From sequence record SRR31156797_5663: a stretch of 56,259 nucleotides of DNA; one strand, written 5' to 3'. Each line of letters begins with the position of its first letter. The stretch's first letter is position 1. Position numbers and translations under genes: made by a program. The notes beneath the pieces were generated by a model. The model did no database searches, was not told where the DNA came from, and saw only the letters and a program-made list of their open reading frames with translations. Below are positions 19,179 through 29,478 of this stretch, piece by piece.

Positions 19179-21190
19179 CAGTTACGCTCCTCTTTGACGA
19201 TATAGGTGGTGTATTGTGTCAGCATCATTTCTGAAGAAAGAACCTCACCCGTCAGAAGATCCGTCTTTCCAACAAACATTGCTGGCAACGGTTGTGCTTC
19301 TTCGTGGAAATTGATGATAACGAAGAATTTCGCCTCTGCATTTTCACGACAGGCAACTTCTAGTTTTGTTGCTTCCTCGATCACTGGGGTGATATCGTTT
19401 TCTTCGACAATCGTTTTGAAAAGCTGATCTTGCAGCTGATCTTCCAACTGTCCACCAAAGTAATAGACGGTGCCATCGCCAAACATATTTTTCGTCACTG
19501 CCGGCATTCCTGCATAGAAATTGCTTGTGTAATGCGCTAGCGCTTCGGCGGTTTCTAAATGGATCAAATCGCTGACTAAATTACTGGTTCCTGTCAGTTC
19601 TTCATTGACTAAGGAAACGCCGTTTGATTGTTCTGGGGCTAATGCATCGATTTCTTCCACCCAGATGCCAGCTAACTCCCGCAATGGCCCAGGATAGCCC
19701 CCTAAGTGAACGTTGTCAGATTGATCAACGATACCGCTCATATACGTGGTAAGTAAAGAACCACCTTGTTTGACGAAATCAGTGAGCCGCTCTTGCATTC
19801 CTTCTTTGATCATGTAGAGAACAGGTGCTGCGACTAATTTGTATTTTGATAAGTCAGCATCCACGGGAACCAAGTCGACGGCAATATTTTGTTCATGAAA
19901 ATAACGATAGTAGCGATGGATCTGTTCTACATACTTCAGATCAACGGTCGGACCACTCGTATATTCTAATGCCCAATAATTGTCCCAATCGAAAATCACG
20001 GCAACCTGTGATTGAGTTTGCGTCCCAATAATGTCTGAAAGCTGCGCTAATTCAGCACCAAGAGCTGCCGTTTCTCGGAAAACTCGCGTGTCTTCATGAC
20101 CGACATGTTCGATAACAGCTCCATGGAATTTCTCACAAGCACCGATGGAACGTCGCAATTGGAAATATTGGATCGTGTCCGCCCCATGAGCGATCGTTTG
20201 GTAGCTTTGCGCCCGCATTTGTCCCGGTTTTTTTAATGAGTTATAGGGTTGCCAGTTTTGTTGAGAGGGTGTTTGTTCCATCAGCATAAAGGGCTGTTGT
20301 TTCAAGCCGCGCATTAGATCATGTGTCATGGCTACTAAACTCCATGGCGTATTATACGCTGGATAATTATCCCACGAAATAAGGTCCATTTCCTTCGCCC
20401 ACTTGAAATAATCCAGTCCTTTAAAGGTTCCCATCAAATTCGTTGTAATCGGTGTCGTGGGATCGATTTTCCGAATAGCGTCCCGCTCCATCATATAGTT
20501 TTTTAAAAGGCTATCCGAGTTGAAGCGTCGGTAGTCAATAGAAATTCCTGCAAATGCCGTCTTGTCATAGCCGATTCCTTCTGACAGCGCATTTGGCAGA
20601 ACGATTTCATCCCATTCATATACAGTATGACCCCAAAATTCCATATTCCAGGCTTTATTCAGTGCTTCGATCGTTTGATATTTATCCTTTAGCCAAACAC
20701 GAAACGCTTTTTCACAGTTGTCGCAATAACATTCGCCGCCGTATTCATTATTGATGTGCCAACAAGTCACTTGTGGATTTTCGCCGTAACGTTCGGCTAA
20801 TTTCGTTGCCAGACGTTCTGCGTATTTTTGATAAACCAAACTATTGGGACAGGCATTATGCCGTTGCCCAAACTTATGATGGCGTCCATCATAATCGGTG
20901 CGAGCGACTTCCGGATACTTCTTAAACATCCAAGCTGGCAAAGCGGCTGTGGAAGTGGCTAAGACGATGTCGAAGCCCTCCGTACTTAATTTTTCGATGA
21001 TTTGATCCAATTCCTCAAAATCATAACAATTTTCAGAGGGTTGGATCTTTGCCCATGAAAAAACATTGACGGTCGCGCTATTGATACTTGCTTTTTTAAA
21101 GATCCGAATGTCTTCTTCCCAAATCTCTTTCGGCCACTGATTTGGATTATAATCGCCGCCGAATAGAATTCGATCAAAAAATTTTGTCAT
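19178..21190 (-). CDS. Beta-galactosidase, GH42
   Basis: GGDYNPNQW, FSWAKIQP, WHINNEYG, CYCDNC, WDNYP, LMEQTPS, QLRRS..CEKFHGA. No signal peptide. Confidence 0.95.
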   Translation of the reverse strand: MTKFFDRILFGGDYNPNQWPKEIWEEDIRIFKKASINSATVNVFSWAKIQPSENCYDFEELDQIIEKLSTEGFDIVLATSTAALPAWMFKKYPEVARTDYDGRHHKFGQRHNACPNSLVYQKYAERLATKLAERYGENPQVTCWHINNEYGGECYCDNCEKAFRVWLKDKYQTIEALNKAWNMEFWGHTVYEWDEIVLPNALSEGIGYDKTAFAGISIDYRRFNSDSLLKNYMMERDAIRKIDPTTPITTNLMGTFKGLDYFKWAKEMDLISWDNYPAYNTPWSLVAMTHDLMRGLKQQPFMLMEQTPSQQNWQPYNSLKKPGQMRAQSYQTIAHGADTIQYFQLRRSIGACEKFHGAVIEHVGHEDTRVFRETAALGAELAQLSDIIGTQTQSQVAVIFDWDNYWALEYTSGPTVDLKYVEQIHRYYRYFHEQNIAVDLVPVDADLSKYKLVAAPVLYMIKEGMQERLTDFVKQGGSLLTTYMSGIVDQSDNVHLGGYPGPLRELAGIWVEEIDALAPEQSNGVSLVNEELTGTSNLVSDLIHLETAEALAHYTSNFYAGMPAVTKNMFGDGTVYYFGGQLEDQLQDQLFKTIVEENDITPVIEEATKLEVACRENAEAKFFVIINFHEEAQPLPAMFVGKTDLLTGEVLSSEMMLTQYTTYIVKEERN

Positions 21191-21311
21191 ATAAGTGAAC
21201 GCTCCTTTAAAATAAAATGATTTCTACTCTCTTATTGTAAGGCTTTTCATTTTGTTGTAGTATAATACATGAAACACTATTTTATAACTTTTCGAAACAT
21301 GGAGGTTGAAC

Positions 21312-22118
21312 ATGCCTATTTATTTTTATCAAACAAACCAGCAGTTGCCTTTGTCGCTTGAAAGTATCGGAAACGATTGGCCACAAGATGACGTTGTTCG
21401 TCTCGATGGCTACCCTTACTTTCATTGGCTGCAGACAGAACAAGGAGAAGGTCGCGTCACCTTTGGTCAAGAATCCTTTATTTTACGTCCCAGTGAAGGC
21501 ATCTTGATTTTCCCTTTCACTCCTCATCGCTACTATCCCTTATCAGATTGGAAAACCTCCTTCGCTACCTTTCAAGGACCTTTGGCAGCTGAGATATTAA
21601 AACAATTTACAAGTCAACCTTATCTTTTAGTTGAAGAGTCTAAAACTTTTTCCTATATGACTTGGATCAAACAACGCATTAAAGAAGACCCAAAAATCAG
21701 CTGGGATCCGTTACGGGCTTCTAGTGAGTGTTATCGTTTTTTGCTGGCGATCATGCAAGAGCGCTCTGGGAATCCAACCGAAAAACACCCCTTGTTTCAA
21801 CAATATCTGGTCCCTGTTATACAAGAAATCGAAACCAATTATGATCAGGCGATCACGATCAAAAACTTGGCTGGTTTAGTCTATGTTTCGCCTCAATATC
21901 TCTCTCGGTTGTTCCAGCGTTTTTTAGGACAATCCACCGCCCAATACTTATTAAACTATCGCATGACCCGTGCCAAAGAGCTTTTGGTGGCACAGCCGGA
22001 TCTGCCCATTCAGCAAGCCGCTTTTGCTGTAGGGTTTCAGGATGCGAGTCACTTTACCGCATTATTCAAAAAAAGAGTCGGCTTAACTCCATTGAAGTTT
22101 CGCCAACTCTATCATTGA
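21312..22118 (+). CDS. AraC-family transcriptional regulator
   Basis: Cupin-like N-terminus and C-terminal double HTH (VSPQYLSRLF..VGFQDASHFTALFKKRVGLTP). Start moved to ATG 21312 behind GGAGG. Confidence 0.93.
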   Translation: MPIYFYQTNQQLPLSLESIGNDWPQDDVVRLDGYPYFHWLQTEQGEGRVTFGQESFILRPSEGILIFPFTPHRYYPLSDWKTSFATFQGPLAAEILKQFTSQPYLLVEESKTFSYMTWIKQRIKEDPKISWDPLRASSECYRFLLAIMQERSGNPTEKHPLFQQYLVPVIQEIETNYDQAITIKNLAGLVYVSPQYLSRLFQRFLGQSTAQYLLNYRMTRAKELLVAQPDLPIQQAAFAVGFQDASHFTALFKKRVGLTPLKFRQLYH

Positions 22119-22885
22119 TTTTTCGGTTTTAAGACGTCTTGCCATTGCCCCATCTGATCGATAAACTTCTTACTTTTTAAATGAATGCCCACATATTCAT
22201 CATACAATAGATCGATCACTTGTCGAATCGCTGCTTTCGTTTCTGGCTTTAATTTGATCGAAGCAATCTGCTCGTAGGATATTTGCGAAAATAAGCGAAT
22301 AAAATGGATCGCACGAGAATCCGCATGATAGCGACGTTCGTCCATCCCCCAGTGTTGTTCGCATAAAATACCGCTATACTTTGAGGAATAGTCAAACCGA
22401 CCGTCGGTTTTTCCGCAGATGGCACAATGGGTCCAATTCGGAGTGATCCCGAAACGGTGCAAAATCTGGATCTCAAAGATATTGGTGATGATCTCTGCGT
22501 CGTTCCCTTGATCCATTAAGTGCAATGCCTCATGTAAAAATTGGTATAGATGTGGGTCATAGACCCGATCATCGATAGCAGAATCAGCCAAATTCAACAA
22601 GTAGGTCGCATAACCAGCAATAAAAATATCACTTTGGATCGTACGAAAAGGATGGATGTCTTTGGCATTGTTTAAAAAGGACAAGCCTTCCGTTTTGATG
22701 GTTCCCATGTAGGTGGCTTCAGTATAGGAGAGCAACGCTGGTGCCAAGGGGTTATTTTTCCGATGAGCACCCTTGACATAAAACATTTGCTTCCCGGCAG
22801 ATTCCGTAAAGATTTTGACTAGCTTGTCTTTTTCTTTATGGTCCTTTGAAAAAAGCAAAATTCCTTTTGTTTCAACAAGATTCAT
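22112..22885 (-). CDS. recO: DNA repair protein RecO
   Basis: KEKDKLVKIFTE..GK N-terminus, CAICG Zn finger, LKSKKFI C-terminus; follows era. Confidence 0.95.
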   Translation of the reverse strand: MNLVETKGILLFSKDHKEKDKLVKIFTESAGKQMFYVKGAHRKNNPLAPALLSYTEATYMGTIKTEGLSFLNNAKDIHPFRTIQSDIFIAGYATYLLNLADSAIDDRVYDPHLYQFLHEALHLMDQGNDAEIITNIFEIQILHRFGITPNWTHCAICGKTDGRFDYSSKYSGILCEQHWGMDERRYHADSRAIHFIRLFSQISYEQIASIKLKPETKAAIRQVIDLLYDEYVGIHLKSKKFIDQMGQWQDVLKPKNQ

Positions 22886-22904
22886 CGTCGCACCTCATTT
22901 CTTG

Positions 22905-22942
22905 AAAAAAACTGATCCAGTTCGCTAACTGCATCAGTTTTT
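22905..22942. terminator. Bidirectional terminator-like hairpin between era and recO
   Basis: A7-CTGATCCAGTT cgct AACTGCATCAG-T5. Confidence 0.65.
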
Positions 22943-22978
22943 CCTCTTTAAAGCAGACCGTGATGGATCTGCCTTTCC

Positions 22979-23878
22979 TTAATACTCATCTTTACGATAG
23001 CCGTAATCCGTTAAGAAGGTTTGCTTGTCGCGCCAATCTTTTTGAACTTTCACCCATAATTCCAAGAAGACTTTGTCATCTAGTAAGTGTTCAATATCTA
23101 GACGGGCTTTCGTCCCGATCTGCTTCAGCATTTTACCGCCTTTACCGATGATAATGCCTTTTTGGCTGTCACGTTCGACAATGATCGTCGCTTGAATATG
23201 CACCTTATCATTATGATCTCGTTTCATGGAGTCAACGACGACCGCTACCGAGTGAGGCACTTCATCTCTGGTCAGCAGCAAGACTTTTTCCCGTACCAGC
23301 TCGGAAACGATAAAGTATTCCGGATGGTCAGTGATTTGATCTTCTGGGAAATACTGAGGACCTTCAGGCATTTCATCGACCAATAGTTTCATTAGCGTTT
23401 CGAAATTATTGCCTTCCGTTGCAGAAATCGGTACGATCTCGGCAAAGTCCATTTGTGAGGAGTAATCTTCAATGATTGCCAATAAAGCATCCGGATGGAC
23501 TTTATCAATTTTATTGATCACTAGGAAAACCGGCGTCTGGCTTTGACGCAACCGTTCGATGATAAAATCATCACCCTTGCCGCGCTTTTGATCGGCACTG
23601 ATCATAAATAGTGTCACGTCAACTTCACGAAGTGCGCTATAGGCGGTTTCCACCATAAAATCGCCCAGACGGTGTTTGGGTTTATGGATCCCTGGTGTAT
23701 CGATAAAGATGAGCTGTGCGTCATCTGTCGTATAGACCCCTTGGATTTTATTACGAGTCGTTTGCGCCTTGTCACTCATGATCGCGATTTTTTGTCCTAC
23801 AACTCGATTTAGTAGTGTGGATTTCCCAACATTTGGCCGTCCGACGATCGCAACGAAGCCTGATTTGTGTGTTGTCAT
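22979..23878 (-). CDS. era: GTPase Era
   Basis: [25 protein letters not shown] motif IIIGKGG. Confidence 0.98.
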   Translation of the reverse strand: MTTHKSGFVAIVGRPNVGKSTLLNRVVGQKIAIMSDKAQTTRNKIQGVYTTDDAQLIFIDTPGIHKPKHRLGDFMVETAYSALREVDVTLFMISADQKRGKGDDFIIERLRQSQTPVFLVINKIDKVHPDALLAIIEDYSSQMDFAEIVPISATEGNNFETLMKLLVDEMPEGPQYFPEDQITDHPEYFIVSELVREKVLLLTRDEVPHSVAVVVDSMKRDHNDKVHIQATIIVERDSQKGIIIGKGGKMLKQIGTKARLDIEHLLDDKVFLELWVKVQKDWRDKQTFLTDYGYRKDEY

Positions 23879-23913
23879 TGTTGTTCCCCTTTATCTTGTG
23901 GTTTTAGTGCGTA

Positions 23914-24309
23914 TCAGAAGAGCTGCAGTAATTTTGGCAAGAAGATGATCGCTGCGACCACTAATGCAAAAACTGCGGTCATCAGCACAGCACCAGCTGC
24001 CATATCTTTGATTTTTTTCCCGATTGGATGGAAATGAAAGTCCGTAAACATGTCAACGACATTCTCAAAGACTGTATTGATGATCTCCACGATCCAGACC
24101 AAGAAAACGGCTAACAGCAGCCAAAGCCATTCCATTTGATTCAAACGGAAAATAAAACCTGCAATGATCGCAACGATGCCTAACCCAACATGTTTACGCA
24201 TATTACGTTCCTCTTTAAAGACAGTTTTTATACCGGTGAAAGCAAATTCGATTGACGAGATAAACTGTTTATTTTTCCCAATATTCTTATCTTTTGAGTC
24301 CATAGGCAT
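23914..24309 (-). CDS. dgkA: Diacylglycerol/undecaprenol kinase
   Basis: FKEERNMRKH, EIINTVFENVVD, KKIKDMAAGAVL. Start set at ATG 24309 (24303 also possible), overlapping the ybeY 3' end. Confidence 0.92.
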   Translation of the reverse strand: MPMDSKDKNIGKNKQFISSIEFAFTGIKTVFKEERNMRKHVGLGIVAIIAGFIFRLNQMEWLWLLLAVFLVWIVEIINTVFENVVDMFTDFHFHPIGKKIKDMAAGAVLMTAVFALVVAAIIFLPKLLQLF

Positions 24310-24763
24310 CCAGTATTTCCTTTTGCAATCCAAACATTTCCTTTTCATCTTCTGGTGTCATATGATCATAGCCGTTGATATGCAAGAAACCATGCAGCGC
24401 CAAGAAACCAAGTTCCCGATTATAGGTATGCCCATATTCAGCAGCTTGTTCCTTTGCCCGTTCAATGGAGATCATAATGTCTCCTAGATCACGAGGCATC
24501 TCTTCAAGGGCTTCGTCAAAAATAATCGGCATCTCCTCCGCCGTTTCTTCTTCGAAGGCAAAACTGATGACATCTGTCGGCATATCTTTGCCGCGATACT
24601 CCCGATTGATTTCTTGGATGGCTGCATTGTCCATAAACGTGACGGACATTTCCGTATCCTCTGGAAGGTCTAAATGTCCTGCAGCAAATTGCAGAAGTCC
24701 TTCGATCTCTTTGATCTTCGTTTCCCCCACTGAATTTGTCTCATCTAAAAAGGTAATCTCCAT
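24287..24763 (-). CDS. ybeY: rRNA maturation endoribonuclease YbeY
   Basis: NREYRGKDMPTDVISF, LGDI, HGFLHINGYDH. Start ATG 24763 overlaps the pgpH stop. Confidence 0.96.
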   Translation of the reverse strand: MEITFLDETNSVGETKIKEIEGLLQFAAGHLDLPEDTEMSVTFMDNAAIQEINREYRGKDMPTDVISFAFEEETAEEMPIIFDEALEEMPRDLGDIMISIERAKEQAAEYGHTYNRELGFLALHGFLHINGYDHMTPEDEKEMFGLQKEILDAYGLKR

Positions 24764-26964
24764 TAGCGCTCTCTTCTTTCTTGTTCTTCTTTCATTTTCT
24801 CTGCTTCCGATTTCATTTTTGGGTATTTGATCCGTGAATGGAAGGTACTGCATAGTCCGTTGACCAGTGATTTTTCAATCATCCGGATTTCTTTCAACGT
24901 TAGTCCCGTTTCATCTAATTGACCGTCTAAGATCCGATCATTGATGAGATTCGCAACAAATTCTTGAATTTTTTGATTGGTCGGATTTTCCATCGCTCGA
25001 ACAGCTGCTTCACAACTGTCAGCGATACTCACGACACCCGCTTCTCGTGTCTGCGGTTTTGGCCCAGGATAACGGAAATCTTCTTCTGTCACCTCGGGAT
25101 TACGCTCTTGAGCTTTTACATAGAAATAACGCATCAGAGTTGTGCCATGGTGTTGACGGCAAATATCGATCACCATCCGCGGCATTTTGGCTTCTTCGAG
25201 AATTTCCGCTCCGTCGATCACGTGACCGAAGATGATTTGTTTGCTGTCTTCCGGCAGCAAAAAATTATGCGGGTTTTCGGCACCAGCAGGTAAATTTTCT
25301 ACGAAGAAATTGGCATGTTTGACTTTGCCAATATCATGGTAATAACAAGCCACGCGGGTCAGTAAGCTTTGCCCACCGATCTCGGCGACGGCATTGGCGC
25401 TAAGATTAGCAACCATCATACTGTGATGATAGGTCCCTGGTGCTTCTTCCAGCAACTGCTTCAATAACGGGTGGTTCGGGTTACTCAATTCATTCAACAC
25501 GATCATACTTTCATCCGTTACCAATAATTCGATATATGGATGCAACCCCATCGTCAGCAAATAGCTAAGAAGCGAGCCGGCCAATCCACAGACGAGTGTT
25601 GTCCACGTATTGCCGCGGGCCAAATCCATTCCTTGGAAAATGACCAACATGATGCTTAAGAGTAATGGGAAAACGATCACCCACATGACTGCGATTTTCC
25701 CTTGACTGGCGATACGTGCTCGTTTGATCATCGTCCCCATCAACCCAGAGAAGAGATAGGTCACTAAAACAGTCGTCAACAAGTTGGTCCCGCTGGAATC
25801 AAAGTAAATGAAGAGTGCACTGACCACTTGGAAAATCGCGGCTAATATCCCTAAACGTCTGCTGGAGAAAATGCTTAGAATCAGCGGTGTAAAGGCTGCT
25901 GGGAAAAAGAGCGGGATAAAGGTCACTAATTCTGATTGGAACAGTTGGAAAAATTTCATGATCAAGATACTGAATGCCATCGCCAAAATATAAAAAGTGA
26001 CGGCGTTCATTCGCTTTTCAACATCTTTTGTCTGTCTTGTATAATAAAACAGCATGAGCATTTGTAAGCAGGTCGCTAAAACTAAGGCGATTAATGGAAA
26101 AACTGAGAAGGTCTGATTGGTCATTCCTAAAAGCTGCAGCTTTTCCAATGCGTTGGCATCGATCTGTGATCCTTCACGAACAATGATCTCCCCTTGATAG
26201 ATCATTACCGGTGGAACAGCATCCATGGCGGTTTGTCTCGCTTCTTCCGTCCGCTTTTCATTGGGAATATCATTGACGACGATTCCTTGATTGACAATGA
26301 AGCGTAAAACGGACGCCATATCCGAAGTAACATCTAGAAATTGGATCTTGTCTTCCGCCTCTGAGCGGAAAGTACTGAGTTCTGTTTGACGGATCTGTTT
26401 GGCCATTTGCTCGTCTACTAGCTGCAACGCATAGGTTCGTACCGTATTCAATTCATCGGTACTTAATGAAAACAATGTCGACAAAAAATTATTCGTCAAT
26501 GACTGATAGAAATCGAGTTCATCATCACTCATTTTTTCAAACTCTTTTTTTAAGGCTGCAATGTATTCATCCGTACTCGGTTTAGGGATATTTTCATCCT
26601 CATCCGCCTCAGCAACTTCTTTTGCATGTGTCTCATCCGTTGATTTTTTGACTGAATCAACTAAGTCAAAAAGGTGGTCGATGCGATCGTGCTGTGTCTG
26701 CGCTAGAGTATCCTGATAGGTGTACTCTGGCGGAACCGCTTCTGCTGCCAATTTGCGTTTTTGTTCCGTTGCAGTAGTGTTTTCGATCGTTTTATTGGCA
26801 CGAATGTTTTCTTCCGCCACCTGGCCTTCGCTATAATCGACATTATTCTGTTTGACACTGGTGTACATGATACCAATCGAAAAAAGAAAGAAGAGAAACA
26901 TCAAAACTGGTAAATAAAACTTCCCGAGTCTTTCTCTAAGTTTCCGTAGTGGTTGAATGATCAT
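24763..26964 (-). CDS. pgpH: 7TM-HD cyclic-di-AMP phosphodiesterase (PgpH-like)
   Basis: Extracellular domain plus multi-TM region plus HD domain (APGTYHHS, YYHDIGK, HHGTT, ADSCEAA); sits between phoH and ybeY. Confidence 0.9.
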   Translation of the reverse strand: MIIQPLRKLRERLGKFYLPVLMFLFFLFSIGIMYTSVKQNNVDYSEGQVAEENIRANKTIENTTATEQKRKLAAEAVPPEYTYQDTLAQTQHDRIDHLFDLVDSVKKSTDETHAKEVAEADEDENIPKPSTDEYIAALKKEFEKMSDDELDFYQSLTNNFLSTLFSLSTDELNTVRTYALQLVDEQMAKQIRQTELSTFRSEAEDKIQFLDVTSDMASVLRFIVNQGIVVNDIPNEKRTEEARQTAMDAVPPVMIYQGEIIVREGSQIDANALEKLQLLGMTNQTFSVFPLIALVLATCLQMLMLFYYTRQTKDVEKRMNAVTFYILAMAFSILIMKFFQLFQSELVTFIPLFFPAAFTPLILSIFSSRRLGILAAIFQVVSALFIYFDSSGTNLLTTVLVTYLFSGLMGTMIKRARIASQGKIAVMWVIVFPLLLSIMLVIFQGMDLARGNTWTTLVCGLAGSLLSYLLTMGLHPYIELLVTDESMIVLNELSNPNHPLLKQLLEEAPGTYHHSMMVANLSANAVAEIGGQSLLTRVACYYHDIGKVKHANFFVENLPAGAENPHNFLLPEDSKQIIFGHVIDGAEILEEAKMPRMVIDICRQHHGTTLMRYFYVKAQERNPEVTEEDFRYPGPKPQTREAGVVSIADSCEAAVRAMENPTNQKIQEFVANLINDRILDGQLDETGLTLKEIRMIEKSLVNGLCSTFHSRIKYPKMKSEAEKMKEEQERRER

Positions 26965-26985
26965 AGTTCTCCTCCTGAAAGACGA

Positions 26986-27960
26986 TCAGCGCTTGTCTTT
27001 AAGATCTGCTTCTTCATAAGCTCGAATGATATCGGCCACAACTGGGTGCCGCACCACATCTCCTGCTTCAAAATTAGCAAAAGCAATTTTAGGGATTTCC
27101 TGCAACGTTCGCTCCGCATGGATCAAACCGCTTAAAGTCCCTTTTGGCAAGTCGATCTGACTCGTATCGCCATTGACGATCATTTTGGAGTTGAATCCTA
27201 AACGCGTCAGAAACATTTTCATTTGAGCGATCGTCGTATTTTGCGCTTCATCTAAAATGACAAAGGCATCTTCTAATGTACGCCCTCGCATATATGCTAA
27301 TGGTGCGATCTCAATGACGCCTCGTTCCATCAGACGGTTCGTATGATCCATCCCGAAAATTTGATACAACGCATCATAAACCGGTCGCAAGTAAGGATCG
27401 ACTTTTTCTTTCAAATCGCCTGGAAGAAAGCCAAGGTTCTCTCCTGCTTCAACCGCGGGCCGTGTCAAAATAATCTTTTGCACTTGACCTTTCTTTAAAG
27501 CAGCGATCGCCATTACGACGGCCAGAAAGGTTTTTCCGGTTCCGGCTGGTCCGACCCCAAAGACCACATCATGTTTACGGACAGCTTCGATATATTTCTT
27601 TTGACCGGCATTTTTTGCCCGAATCGGTTTCCCATTACGGTCCTTGATGATTTCTTCTTCATACATATCTTTGAAATAATCAAGACTGCCTTTGTTTACC
27701 ATGTTCAAAGCTGTGATCACATCAGGAGTACTGATATTGATGCCTCGTTTGATCAACTCTTGCAACGCTCGGATCACGGATTGTGCTTTTTCTGTAGCTT
27801 CCGCTTCGCCGACGATTTGGATCAGCTCCCCACGAGTGTGAATGACCGTCCCCGTCGAGTCTTCAATGATTTTAATGTTCTTATCGTGAGCACCTAAGAG
27901 TAAACGAACGTCATCGTTCTCACTAAGTGTTATCTCGATCGTCATAGTTTTGTCTGTCAA
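26986..27960 (-). CDS. phoH: PhoH-family ATPase
   Basis: GPAGTGKT, RPAVEAGENLGFLPG, PLAYMRGRTL, DEAQN, GDTSQIDL. Confidence 0.96.
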   Translation of the reverse strand: MTDKTMTIEITLSENDDVRLLLGAHDKNIKIIEDSTGTVIHTRGELIQIVGEAEATEKAQSVIRALQELIKRGINISTPDVITALNMVNKGSLDYFKDMYEEEIIKDRNGKPIRAKNAGQKKYIEAVRKHDVVFGVGPAGTGKTFLAVVMAIAALKKGQVQKIILTRPAVEAGENLGFLPGDLKEKVDPYLRPVYDALYQIFGMDHTNRLMERGVIEIAPLAYMRGRTLEDAFVILDEAQNTTIAQMKMFLTRLGFNSKMIVNGDTSQIDLPKGTLSGLIHAERTLQEIPKIAFANFEAGDVVRHPVVADIIRAYEEADLKDKR

Positions 27961-28089
27961 ATATGTTACAGCTCCTTTTTTGGCGTTCTTATTAATAATA
28001 ACATAAGATGGAAAAAAGAAAAATTACTTATAAAGTCCAAGGGTAGTTTCCTTTTTGTCCTTATGCTTTTTTTAAGTTTTTGAAATCAG

Positions 28090-28126
28090 AAAAAAAGCCG
28101 CGAGCATGTCATCCATACTCGCGGCG
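28090..28126 (-). terminator. Intrinsic terminator of rpsU-yqeY
   Basis: GCCGCGAG..CTCGCGGC stem with an A7 run. Confidence 0.75.
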
Positions 28127-28131
28127 TGAGC

Positions 28132-28581
28132 TTACATTTGATCCAATAATTCTTTAACGATCGCATTGACTTGATTGCCGTCTGCTTTGCCTTTGACTTG
28201 CGGCATTACAGCACCCATCACTTTTCCAAATTCTTTGGAAGAAGAAGCACCAGTCTTTTCAATCGCTCCAGCAACGATTTGGCGGATTTCCGCTTCATCA
28301 AGTTGTGCTGGCAAATATTTTTCAACAACTGCAATTTCAACTTTGACTTTCTCAGCTAGATCATTTCGGTCAGCTTTCTCAAACTCATGTAAAGAGTCCC
28401 GACGTTGCTTCATCTCACGAGATAAAACGGTCAACTCTTCTTCTTCATTCAAGTCAGAACCTTTTTTGATCTGCTCATTTTGAATTGATGCTTTCAACAT
28501 GCGGATCACCTGCAAGGTTTCCTTGTCTTTGGCTTTCATCGCTGTCTTCATGTCATCATTCAGTGTACTTAGTAGTGTCAC
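28132..28581 (-). CDS. yqeY: GatB/YqeY domain protein
   Basis: DMKTAMKAKDK, KQRRDS, YLPAQL, GKVMG..KGKADG. GTG start at 28581. Confidence 0.92.
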   Translation of the reverse strand: MTLLSTLNDDMKTAMKAKDKETLQVIRMLKASIQNEQIKKGSDLNEEEELTVLSREMKQRRDSLHEFEKADRNDLAEKVKVEIAVVEKYLPAQLDEAEIRQIVAGAIEKTGASSSKEFGKVMGAVMPQVKGKADGNQVNAIVKELLDQM

Positions 28582-28614
28582 ACTACCAGCTCCAATTCTC
28601 AAAACAGTAGAAAA

Positions 28615-28791
28615 TTAGAATTTTTTGCGTTTTCTAGCTGCTTCAGATTTTTTCTTACGCTTTACGCTAGGTTTTTCGTAAAATTCACGTTTACGAGATT
28701 CCTGTAAAGTACCCGCTTTTGACACGGAACGTTTGAAGCGACGAAGAGCATCGTCAAGTGATTCGTTTTTGCGAACGACTGTTTTTGACAT
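28615..28791 (-). CDS. rpsU: 30S ribosomal protein S21
   Basis: Absent from the ORF track. Manual translation: [70 protein letters not shown]. Confidence 0.98.
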   Translation of the reverse strand: MSKTVVRKNESLDDALRRFKRSVSKAGTLQESRKREFYEKPSVKRKKKSEAARKRKKF

Positions 28792-28874
28792 GTAAATTCC
28801 CTCCCTCCGAGCTTAAAAAGTAACCGTAGTTGTTATTGAAATAAAATCCCAAAAAACACGACTGTCCTTTAAAA

Positions 28875-28903
28875 ATTATAGCTAACCCCTGAAAAAGTGT
28901 CAA
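28875..28903 (-). promoter_or_regulatory. Consensus sigma-A promoter of rpsU
   Basis: TTGACA (28903-28898), 17 bp spacer, TATAAT (28880-28875). Confidence 0.88.
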
Positions 28904-28951
28904 GGCATTCTGTTAAAAAAGTCTTCGATACTGTCAAGTTTGTTTGGGTTT

Positions 28952-29383
28952 TCATTGACATTCTTCACAACGACCCAAAATCTCGAAGCGATGACCCTCG
29001 ATCAAACAACCGGGAAGCTGTTCTTGAAAGAAATCCATTGGGCAAATATGCAGTTCTTTTGTTTTGCCACAAACCGTGCAAATAAAGTGATGGTGATGAT
29101 GGTCTTCTAATTCTGCACAACAGTTATAGCGAAACTTCATCTCACCGTTCAGTTCTGTTTCTTCTAAAATACCGATCTCAGAAAAATCGTGCAAATTCCG
29201 GTAGATCGTATCATAACTCAAGCCAGGGTACTTTTCCGACATGTATTCATGAATTTCTTTTGCCGGTAAATAGCGATTGCGTTTCACTAAATAGGTAATG
29301 ATCGCTTCTCTTTTTTTCGTATTTTTAAAGCCATTTTCTTTCAACGTTGTCATGGCATGCTCTATGAGCGTTTGATTTTTCAT
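28952..29383 (-). CDS. zur: Fur-family regulator, Zur-like
   Basis: PGLSYDTIYRNL, HHHHHFICTVCG, HRFEILGRCEEC. Confidence 0.85.
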   Translation of the reverse strand: MKNQTLIEHAMTTLKENGFKNTKKREAIITYLVKRNRYLPAKEIHEYMSEKYPGLSYDTIYRNLHDFSEIGILEETELNGEMKFRYNCCAELEDHHHHHFICTVCGKTKELHICPMDFFQEQLPGCLIEGHRFEILGRCEECQ

Positions 29384-29478
29384 CGTAGACCCTCCTGATA
29401 AATCAAAATCATTCCGATTCTATCAATCTTAAGTATGGTATAATGAAATCAATAAAAAAGCAAGAGAGGATTTTTCTT

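Noticed and set aside
21236-21249. cre-like TGTAAGGCTTTTCA at the GH42 promoter
   Set aside because: Central dinucleotide is GC rather than the conserved CG; left uncalled.
29088-29102. His5 run in the Fur-family protein
   Set aside because: Normal metal-binding motif of Zur-like proteins.
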